64,000 bases of DNA from Eledone cirrhosa (Eukaryota): assembly GCA_964016885.1 (NCBI GenBank), contig OZ024744.1:115258001-115322000 (forward strand), in the 5' to 3' direction. The notes under the pieces are model-generated. The model had not been told where the DNA came from and made no database searches. It saw nothing but the letters and a program-made list of their open reading frames with translations. A program made the position numbers and the translations under genes. Positions within the stretch are counted from its first letter, which is position 1. The number at the start of each line of letters is the position of its first letter. This document shows, piece by piece, positions 29,101 to 39,431 of this stretch.

Positions 29101-32100
29101 CACCAACATTAAAGCAATGAACCTTTCAAAAGTAGTTATGTTGTCCCTGGTCTACACCAACATTAAAGCAATGAACCCTTTCAAAAGTAGTTATGTCGTC
29201 CCTAGTCTACACCAACATTAAAGCAATGAACCCTTTCAAAAGTAGTTATGTTGTCCCTAGTCTACACCAACATTAAAGCAATGAGCCATTTCAAAAGTAG
29301 TTATGTTGTCCCTAGTCTACACCAACATTAAAGCAATGAACCCTTTCAAAAGTAGCTATGTTGTCCCTGGTCTACACCAACATTAAAGCAATGAACCCTT
29401 TCAAAAGTAGTTATGTTGTCCCTGGTCTACACCAACATTAAAGCAATGAACCCTTTCAAAAGTAGTTAATTTGTCCCTAGTCTACACCAACATTAAAGCA
29501 ATGAACCCTTTCAAAAGTAGTTATGTTGTCCCTGGTTTACAGCAACATTAAAGCAATGAACCCTTTCAAAAGTAGCTATGTTGTCCCTGGTCTACAGCAA
29601 CATTAAAACAATGAACCCTTTCAAAAGTAGTTATGTTGTCCCTGGTCTACAGCAACATTAAAGCAATGAACCCTTTCAAAAGTAGCTATGTTGTCCCTGG
29701 TCTACAGCAACATTAAAGCAATGAACCCTTTCAAAAGTAGTTATGTTGTCCCTGGTCTACAGCAACATTAAAACAATGAACCCTTTCAAAAGTAGTTATG
29801 TTGTTCCTGGTCTACAGCAACATTAAAGCAATGAACCCTTTCAAAAGTAGTTATGTTGTCCCTGGTCTACACCAACATTAAAGCAATGAACCCTTTCAAA
29901 AGTAGCTATGTTGTCCCTGGTCTACAGCAACATTAAAACAATGAACCCTTTCAAAAGTAGCTATGTTGTCCCTGGTCTACAGCAACATTAAAGCAATGAA
30001 CCCTTTCAAAAGTAGCTATGTTGTCCCTGGTCTACACCAACATTAAAGCAATGAACCCTTTCAAAAGTAGTTATGTTGTCCCTAGTCTACAGCAACATTA
30101 AAGCAATGAACCCTTTCAAAAGTAGCTATGTTGTCCCTGGTCTACAGCAACATTAAAGCAATGAACCCTTTCAAAAGTAGCTATGTTGTCCCTGCTCTAC
30201 ACCAACATTAAAGCAATGAACCCTTTCAAAAGTAGTTATGTTGTCCCTGGTCTACAGCAACATTAAAGCAATGAACCCTTTCAAAAGTAGCTATGTTGTC
30301 CCTGGTCTACACCAACATTAAAGCAATGAACCCTTTCAAAAGTAGCTATGTTGTCCCTAGTCTACACCAACATTAAAGCAATGAACCCTTTCAAAAGTAG
30401 TTATGTTGTCCCTAGTCTACAGCAACATTAAAGCAATGAACCCTTTCAAAAGTAGTTATGTTGTCCCTGGTCTACACCAACATTAAAGCAATGAACCCTT
30501 TCAAAAGTAGTTATGTTGTCCCTGGTCTACAGCAACATTAAAGCAATGAACCCTTTCAAAGGTAGTTATGTTGTCCCTGGTCTACAGCAACATTAAAGCA
30601 ATGAACCCTTTCAAAAGTAGTTATGTTGTCCCTAGTCTACACCAACATTAAAGCAATGAACCCTTTCAAAGGTAGTTATGTTGTCCATGGTCTACAGCAA
30701 CATTAAAGCAATGAACCCTTTCAAAAGTAGTTATGTTGTCCCTGGTCTACACCAACATTAAAGCAATGAACCCTTTCAAAAGTAGTTATGTTGTCCCTGG
30801 TCTACACCAACATTAAAGCAATGAACCCTTTCAAAAGTAGTTATGTTGTCCCTGGTCTACAGCAACATTAAAGCAATGAACCCTTTCAAAAGTAGCTATG
30901 TTGTCCCTGGTCTACACCAACATTAAAGCAATGAACCCTTTCAAAAGTAGTTATGTTGTCCCTGGTCTACAGCAACATTAAAGCAATGAACCCTTTCAAA
31001 AGTAGTTATGTTGTCCCTGGTCTACAGCAACATTAAAGCAATGAACCCTTTCAAAAGTAGTTATGTTGTGCCTGGTCTACACCAACATTAAAGCAATGAA
31101 CCCTTTCAAAAGTAGTTATGTTGTCTCTGGTCTACAGCAACATTAAAGCAATGAACCCTTTCAAAAGTAGCTATGTTGTCCCTGCTCTACACCAACATTA
31201 AAGCAATGAACCCTTTCAAAAGTAGTTATGTTGTCCCTGGTTTACAGCAACATTAAAACAATGAACCCTTTCAAAAGTAGTTATGTTGTCCCTGGTCTAC
31301 AGCAACATTAAAGCAATGAACCCTTTCAAAGGTAGTTATGTTGTCCCTGGTCTACAGCAACATTAAAGCAATGAACCCTTTCAAAAGTAGCTATGTTGTC
31401 CCTGGTCTACAGCAACATTAAAGCAATGAACCCTTTCAAAAGTAGTTATGTTGTCCCTGGTCTACAGCAACATTAAAACAATGAACCCTTTCAAAGGTAG
31501 TTATGTTGTCCCTAGTCTACAGCAACATTAAAACAATGAACCCTTTCAAAAGTAGCTATGTTGTCCCTGGTCTACAGCAACATTAAAACAATGAACCCTT
31601 TCAAAAGTAGTTATGTTGTCCCTGGTCTACAGCAACATTAAAGCAATGAACCCTTTCAAAAGTAGTTATGTTGTCCCTGGTCTACACCAACATTAAAGCA
31701 ATGAACCCTTTCAAAAGTAGTTATGTTGTCCCTAGTCTACAGCAACATTAAAGCAATGAACCCTTTCAAAAGTAGTTATGTTGTCCCTGGTCTACACCAA
31801 CATTAAAGCAATGAACCCTTTCAAAAGTAGCTATGTTGTCCCTAGTCTACACCAACATTAAAGCAATGAACCCTTTCAAAAGTAGCTATGTTGTCCCTGG
31901 TCTACAGCAACATTAAAGCAATGAACCCTTTCAAAAGTAGTTATGTTGTCCCTGGTCTACAGCAACATTAAAGCAATGAACCCTTTCAAAAGTAGTTATG
32001 TTGTCCCTGGTTTACAGCAACATTAAAACAATGAACCCTTTCAAAAGTAGTTATGTTGTCCCTGGTCTACAGCAACATTAAAGCAATGAACCCTTTCAAA

Positions 32101-34609
32101 AGTAGCTATGTTGTCCCTGGTCTACAGCAACATTAAAGCAATGAACCCTTTCAAAAGTAGTTATGTTGTCCCTGGTTTACAGCAACATTAAAGCAATGAA
32201 CCCTTTCAAAAGTAGTTATGTTGTCCCTGGTTTACAGCAACATTAAAACAATGAACCCTTTCAAAAGTAGTTATGTTGTCCCTGGTCTACAGCAACATTA
32301 AAACAATGAACCCTTTCAAAAGTAGTTATGTTGTCCCTGGTCTACAGCAACATTAAAGCAATAAACCCTTTCAAAAGTAGCTATGTTGTCCCTGGTCTAC
32401 AGCAACATTAAAGCAATGAACCCTTTCAAAAGTAGTTATGTTGTCCCTGGTTTACAGCAACATTAAAGCAATGAACCCTTTCAAAAGTAGTTATGTTGTC
32501 CCTGGTTTACAGCAACATTAAAACAATGAACCCTTTCAAAAGTAGCTATGTTGTCCCTGGTCTACAGCAACATTAAAGCAATGAACCCTTTCAAAAGTAG
32601 TTATGTTGTCCCTGGTCTACAGCAACATTAAAGCAATGAACCCTTTCAAAAGTAGCTATGTTGTCCCTGGTCTACACCAACATTAAAGCAATGAACCCTT
32701 TCAAAAGTAGTTATGTTGTCCCTAGTCTACAGCAACATTAAAGCAATGAACCCTTTCAAAAGTAGCTATGTTGTCCCTGGTCTACAGCAACATTAAAGCA
32801 ATGAACCCTTTCAAAAGTAGCTATGTTGTCCCTGGTCTACACCAACATTAAAGCAATGAACCCTTTCAAAAGTAATTATGTTGTCCCTGATCTATAGCAA
32901 CATTAAAGCAATGAATCCTTTCAAAAGTAGCTATGTTGTCCCTGGTCTACAGCAACATTAAAGCAATGAACCCTTTCAAAAGTAGCTATGTTGTCCCTGG
33001 TCTACAGCAACATTAAAGCAATGAACCCTTTCAAAAGTAGTTATGTTGTCCCTGGTCTACACCAACATTAAAGCACTGAACCCTTTCAAAAGTAGTTATG
33101 TTGTCCCTGGTCTACACCAACATTAAAGCAATGAACCCTTTCAAAAGTAGCTATGTTGTCCCTGGTCTACAGCAACATTAAAGCAATGAACCCTTTCAAA
33201 AGTAGTTATGTTGTCCCTGCTCTACAGCAACATTAAAGCAATGAACCCTTTCAAAAGTAGTTATGTTGTCCCTGGTCTACACCAACATTAAAGCAATGAA
33301 CCCTTTCAAAAGTAGTTATGTTGTCCCTGCTCTACAGCAACATTAAAGCAATGAACCCTTTCAAAAGTAGTTATGTTGTCCCTGGTCTACACCAACATTA
33401 AAGCAATGAACCCTTTCAAAGGTAGTTATGTTGTCCCTGGTCTACACCAACATTAAAGCAATGAACCCTTTCAAAAGTAGTTATGTTGTCCCTGGTCTAC
33501 AGCAACATTAAAGCAATGAACCCTTTCAAAAGTAGCTATGTTGTCCCTAGTCTACACCAACATTAAAACAATGAACCCTTTCAAAAGTAGTTATGTTGTC
33601 CCTAGTCTACAGCAACATTAAAGCAATGAACCCTTTCAAAAGTAGCTATGTTGTCCCTGGTCTATACCAACATTAAAGCAATGAACCCTTTCAAAAGTAG
33701 CTATGTTGTCCCTAGTCTACACCAACATTAAAGCAATGAACCCTTTCAAAAGTAGTTATGTTGTCCCTGGTCTACAGCAACATTAAACCAATGAACCCTT
33801 TCAAAAGTAGTTATGTTGTCCCTGGTCTACACCAACATTAAAGCAATGAACCCTTTCAAAAGTAGCTATGTTGTCCCTGGTCTACAGCAACATTAAAGCA
33901 ATGAACCCTTTCAAAAGTAGCTATGTTGTCCCTGGTCTACAGCAACATTAAAGCAATGAACCCTTTCAAAAGTAGCTATGTTGTCCCTGGTCTACACCAA
34001 CATTAAAGCAATGAACCCTTTCAAAAGTAGCTATGTTGTCCCTGGTCTACACCAACATTAAAGCAATGAACCCTTTCAAAAGTAGCTATGTTGTCCCTGG
34101 TCTACACCAACATTAGAGCAATGAACCCTTTCAAAAGTAGCTATGTTGTCCCTGATCTACAGCAACACTAAAGCAATGAACCCTTTCAAAAGTAGCTATG
34201 TTGTCCCTGGTCTACACCAACATTAAAGCAATGAACCCTTTCAAAAGTAGCTATGTTGTCCCTGGTCTACACCAACATTAAAGCAATGAGCCCTTTCAAA
34301 AGTAGCTATGTTGTCCCTGGTCTACACCAACATTAAAGCAATGAACCCTTTCAAAAGTAGCTATGTTGTCCCTGGTCTACACCAACATTAAAGCAATGAG
34401 CCCTTTCAAAAGTAGCTATGTTGTCCCTGGTCTACACCAACATTAAAGCAATGAACCCTTTCAAAAGTAGCTATGTTGTCCCTGGTCTACACCAACATTA
34501 AAGCAATGAGCCCTTTCAAAAGTAGCTATGTTGTCCCTGGTCTACACCAACATTAAAGCAATGAACCCTTTCAAAAGTAGCTATGTTGTCCCTGGTCTAC
34601 AGCAACATT
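8154..34609. repeat. Giant intronic 55-bp satellite, ~480 copies, 26.5 kb
   Basis: Unit attaaaRcaatgaaccctttcaaaagtagYtatgttgtccctRgtctacaScaac (attaa at 8161, 8216, ...); uninterrupted, with four common binary variant sites. Confidence 0.99.
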
Positions 34610-34721
34610 CTCTGATGAGATCCAGTTACTCACACTATATTGTCCTCATTCACACAAATTTTCATAAATCTATTAGAATCTTTCAGCAACTTTAATTTTT
34701 TTCAGGTATATTGTATTTCTT

Positions 34722-36040
34722 TTTCTTTTACTACTTTCAGTCATTAGACTGTGGCCATGCAGGAGCATCAAATTCTCTTATTCTTTTACTGTTTTTAGTC
34801 ATTAGACCATGGCCATGCTGGGGCATCAAATTCTTTTATTCTTTTATTGTTTTTAGTCATTAGACTGTGGCCATGCTGGGGCATCAAATTCTTTTATTCT
34901 TTTACTGTTTTTAGTCATTAGACTGTGGCCATGCTGGGGCATCAAATTCTTTTATTCTTTTACTGTTTTTAGTCATTAGACCATGGCCATGCTGGGGCAT
35001 CAAATTCTTTTATTCTTTTACTGTTTTTAGTCATTAGACTGTGGCCATGCTGGGGCATCAAATTCTTTTATTCTTTTACTATTTTAAGTCATTAGACTGT
35101 GGCCATGCTGGGGCATCAAATTCTTTTATTCTTTTACTATTTTTAGTCATTAGATTGTGGCCATGCTGAGGCATCAAATTCTTTTATTCTTTTACTATTT
35201 TAAGTCATTAGACTGTGGCCATGCTGGGGCATCAAATTCTTTTATTCTTTTACTGTTTTTAGTCATTAGATTGTGGCCATGCTGGGGCATCAAATTCTTT
35301 TATTCTTTTACTGTTTTTAGTCATTAGACTGTGGCCATGCTGGGGCATCAAATTCTTTTATTCTTTTACTGTTTTTAGTCATTAGACTGTGGCCATGCTG
35401 GGGCATCAAATTCTTTTATTCTTTTACTATTTTAAGTCATTAGACTGTGGCCATGCTGGGGCATCAAATTCTTTTATTCTTTTACTGTTTTAGTCATTAG
35501 ATTGTGGCCATGCTGGGGCATCAAATTCTTTTATTCTTTTACTGTTTTTAGTCATTAGACTGTGGCCATGCTGGGGCATCAAATTCTTTTATTCTTTTAC
35601 TGTTTTAGTCATTAGATTGTGGCCATGCTGGGGCATCAAATTCTTTTATTCTTTTACTGTTTTTAGTCATTAGACTGTGGCCATGCTGGGGCATCAAATT
35701 CTTTTATTCTTTTACTATTTTAAGTCATTAGATTGTGGCCATGCTGGGGCATCAAATTCTTTTATTCTTTTACTGTTTTTAGTCATTAGACTGTGGCCAT
35801 GCTGGGGCATCAAATTCTTTTATTCTTTTACTATTTTAAGTCATTAGACTGTGGCCATGCTGGGGCATCAAATTCTTTTATTCTTTTACTGTTTTAGTCA
35901 TTAGATTGTGGCCATGCTGGGGCATCAAATTCTTTTATTCTTTTACTGTTTTTAGTCATTAGACTGTGGCCATGCTGGGGCATCAAATTCTTTTATTCTT
36001 TTACTACTTTAAGTCATTAGATTGTGGCCACGCTGAGGCA
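34722..36040. repeat. 58-bp satellite, ~22 copies, SINE-derived
   Basis: Unit tcattagactgtggccatgctggggcatcaaattcttttattcttttactgtttttag; the last unit runs on into non-repeated SINE-like sequence (36040-36125). Confidence 0.95.
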
Positions 36041-36273
36041 TGGCCTTTAAAGAAATTTAGTTGATCATATCAACCCCAGTACAAATTATTTACTTTTTAA
36101 AGTGTAGTCCTTATTTTATTGATTGTAGAAAGTATAAATATAGTGATATTGAGGTTGAAAGCACATGGTTGGGAACCAAAGTCTTAACCACACAACCATG
36201 ACTTTACCTATTTCATACAAAACTAGACTCATGCTGGACTGGGATGGTGGGTAATGGTAAGAGTGTGTATATG

Positions 36274-36277
<4 letters not shown>

Positions 36278-36318
<41 letters not shown>
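36278..36318. repeat. (GA)n microsatellite
   Basis: Pure GA run. Confidence 0.95.
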
Positions 36319-36320
<2 letters not shown>

Positions 36321-36436
36321 TAAAGGAAGAAAGAGAGAGAAAAGCATGACTATATATAGAGAGAGAAAGAGTAGTAGTGGCAATACCATGAAATTTATTC
36401 TGTTTTAAATTTCAGATGTATATAATACTTGTTTGT

Positions 36437-36495
<59 letters not shown>

Positions 36496-36518
36496 TGTAT
36501 ATATACATATATATAAAC

Positions 36519-36578
<60 letters not shown>

Positions 36579-36584
<6 letters not shown>

Positions 36585-37006
36585 ACGCGATATAACGGTC
36601 GTCGAGTAATCTTTGAAGTGTAGTGACTGCTGGAAAGCTGCCATTACTCATACTTCTCGCCTCCTTTACCACCTCTTCTACGGCTTCGATATAAATACCC
36701 CCTCCGCCTCCGTGGTATTTTCTTCGGGGTTATAAGAGGCTTAGCTCTGTTTCTCGACCGTTATATCGCGTGACTATCTCCCCCTCCGCCTTTTGGGATT
36801 CTTTCTCACGTCGTGTAGACGCGTTCTTGAAGCTATAAAATGAGGTATCCTCTTGATAAGTCGGCAGACCTCGCAAAGGCTCTATATCTTTATGATGTAC
36901 TGTTTTTGTTTATGCCACGAAACTACGTAGTCGAGGAATCTAGGAGCAGTTTAGGTATGATACATTTTATTACTAATTATATCTAAATGTTCCTTCTCTC
37001 TTCATA
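36579..37006 (+). mobile_element. ~430-bp non-coding element inside (TA)n, with a 23-bp inverted repeat and a hammerhead ribozyme (Penelope pLTR/retrozyme-like)
   Basis: Flanked by TA runs 36438-36580 and 37006-37250; CpG-rich. Perfect IR atagtcacgcgatataacggtcg (36579-36601) / cgaccgttatatcgcgtgactat (36755-36777). Confidence 0.7.
36848..36937 (+). ncRNA. Type I minimal hammerhead ribozyme, U3-A8 core variant
   Basis: Stem I tcctc/gagga; core TTGATAA (36853-59); stem II gt(c)ggca/tgccac; GAAA (36919-22); palindromic stem III ctacgtag; GUC triplet with predicted cut after 36932. Confidence 0.8.
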
Positions 37007-37034
37007 ATATATATATATATATGTATATATATAT

Positions 37035-37089
<55 letters not shown>

Positions 37090-37249
37090 TATATACATAT
37101 ATATATACATACATATATATATATATAGATATATAGATATATATACATATATATATATACATATATATATACATATATATATATACATATGTATATATAT
37201 ATATACATATATATATATGTATATATATATATACATATGTATATATATA

Positions 37250-38166
37250 TGAGAGTAAATCTAGCTAAGACAAAAGTGTTGATGAGTAGAAAAGAGGACA
37301 AAACCCTGATTCCGTCAGGGAAATGGCCATGTTCGATATGCAGAAAAGGAACTGGCATAAATTCTATAAAATGCACACAATGTAGGTCCTGGGTACACAA
37401 GAGATGTAGCGGGATAGCAGGCAAACTAACAGGTAGGGAGAAATATGTATGCAGTAGATGTACAGGGAAATTAGACAGTAGAAGTCGCACTGATAGACAC
37501 ATTTTTCAAATGCGAGAGGGCGCTATAGAAGTGGTGGATAGCTTCCGGTACCTAGGAGATCAGATTAGCATGGGAGGAGGGTGTTCCGAGGCCATAGTAT
37601 CTAGAATAAGGACGGGTTGGAAGAAGTTTAGGGAGCTGCTTCCTCTGTTGACGAAGAAGGGTTTCTCCCTGCGTACGAAAGGCCGGTTGTATGATGCCTG
37701 TGTGAGGAGCGCGATGCTGCATGGTAGTGAGACATGGGCAGCTACCGCAGAAGATATGCGACGGCTGGAGAGAAATGAGGCAAGCATGCTCCGTTGGATG
37801 TGCAGTGTAAATGTGCGTGAACGACCCAGCATAAATGTGTTGAGAGAGAAACTGTGTCTGAGAGGGATAGAATGTAGTGTACGGGAGAGGAGACTGAGGT
37901 GGTATGGACATGTGATGCGCATGGAGGATGACCGATGGGTGAAGAAGTGCCAGGAAATGCCAGTTGAAGGAAGACGTAGTAGAGGTAGACCACGAAAAAC
38001 ATGGGCGGAGGTGGTGAGAACAGACCTCAGATCATTGAAGCTCACGGTGGAGATGACGAGGGACCGTGACGAGTGGAGAGATGCTGTGCTGAATAAGACC
38101 CGTCCCACCCTTGCAAGCAGGGAAAGGCGGACGTAAAATGATGATGATGATGATGATGATGATGAT
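37250..38166 (+). mobile_element. 5'-truncated RTE-clade LINE (second subfamily), reading frame still open
   Basis: [10 protein letters not shown]...C4HC3 finger...VDSFRYLG...RLRWYGHVMRM...RGRPRKTW; homologous to the C-terminus of the 39827 ORF. The stop is followed directly by a (GAT)n tail; inserted in a TA/CA microsatellite. Confidence 0.93.
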
Positions 38167-38406
<240 letters not shown>

Positions 38407-38471
38407 CTACTTTGTTTTCATATTTGTTTTGCAAGATTTTTAATGTAAAAACATGTGGTATTTGAATATAT

Positions 38472-38676
38472 ATACTTATAGAGGATCATGCACCAATAAA
38501 AACACATGCACCTGTTGGGTTTCATCATGAGTGACAAAAGAGCTTTAACAATTAATAACTAAAGAACCATCTGGTCTGGTCATAAAAATCACCAACTGGA
38601 AATTATTATAATAAATTGAAGTAAAATCCAACAGGTGTGTATGTGCTTTTATTGGCAGCATGGCCTGCCAAAGTAT
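38472..38676. mobile_element. ~205-bp fold-back (MITE-like) element with ~50-bp imperfect terminal inverted repeats
   Basis: catgcaccaataaaaacacatgcacctgttggg versus tccaacaggtgtgtatgtgcttttattggcagcatg; TA-flanked. Confidence 0.65.
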
Positions 38677-38685
38677 AACAATATA

Positions 38686-39030
38686 TCATCATCATCATCA
38701 TCATCATCATTTCATTTTATGTCCGCTTTTTCCCTGCTTGCAAGGGTGGGACGAGAACTGATTTTGGCTTGATTTCTACAGTTGGATGCCCTTCCTAACA
38801 CCAACCTCATTTACAGTGAGTGCTGGGTGCTTTTTTACCGTGGCACCTACACGACCACTTTGCAGTGGAATGATAGGGACCCCAGTCCCTATCATTTCAT
38901 TTGTACAGCTGAGTAAACTGGAGCAATGTGAAATAAAGTGTCTTGTTCAAGGAAACAACACATCACCCGGTCTGAGAATTGAACTCACAACCTTTCAATT
39001 GCAAGGCCAATGCTCTAACCACTAAGCCAT
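38686..39030 (-). mobile_element. Composite SINE: tRNA head + CORE-like domain + RTE-derived 3' tail
   Basis: On the minus strand: tggcttagtggttagagc (A box), gagttcaattc (B box), tccttgaacaagacacttt (CORE-like), then cgtcccacccttgcaagcagggaaa + (GAT)n, matching the tail of the LINE at 38101-38166. Confidence 0.8.
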
Positions 39031-39271
39031 ATATATATATATATATATATTCTTATAAATAAAACATTTAACATATCATATTGATCTTTAATATTTGGTG
39101 ATTGTTTCTAATTAAACTGAAATTTCCATGAGGTTAGCTAGTTAGCATTAATTAGTGTTATATCGTTATTACTTATATGGTAGTAAAGTGATGAGGTCAG
39201 CTCTGTTTCTATTAAATTAAAGAATTACAACAAAATTATGCGAGGAATGAAAAGATAATGAAATTGTTTAC

Positions 39272-39375
39272 CTGAAGAATCACTGCAGAAGAAATTTCTA
39301 ACATTAGAATATTTGTCCTCAGCGCTTAGCTCTGGTAATGCTTCAAAACCAACTTTGGTAACAGTTGTGATGGAA
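39272..39375 (-). CDS. SYNRG: 104-bp internal exon of the same gene (SITTVTKVGFEALPELSAEDKYSNVRNFFCSDSS)
   Basis: Acceptor atatttacag|TTCC, donor TTCAG|gtaaac. No stops. Phase 2 start and phase 1 end join in frame to both neighbouring exons (AA|T = Asn; G|GT = Gly). Contains a second DKY motif. Confidence 0.7.
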
Positions 39376-39431
39376 CTGTAAATATATTAAAAACAGGTCA
39401 TAAAAATAGAAGTAACTACACACATGCATAT

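Noticed and set aside
8154-34609. CRISPR-like array
   Set aside because: Head-to-tail monomers with no unique spacers, no cas genes, and a eukaryotic context.
34613-34670. CTGATGAG at the end of the giant array as a hammerhead core
   Set aside because: No downstream stem II-GAAA-stem III arrangement.
38960-39030. tRNA gene (also the heads of SINEs at 7155, 50385, 56720)
   Set aside because: A/B boxes are present, but there is no full cloverleaf and each continues into a SINE body.
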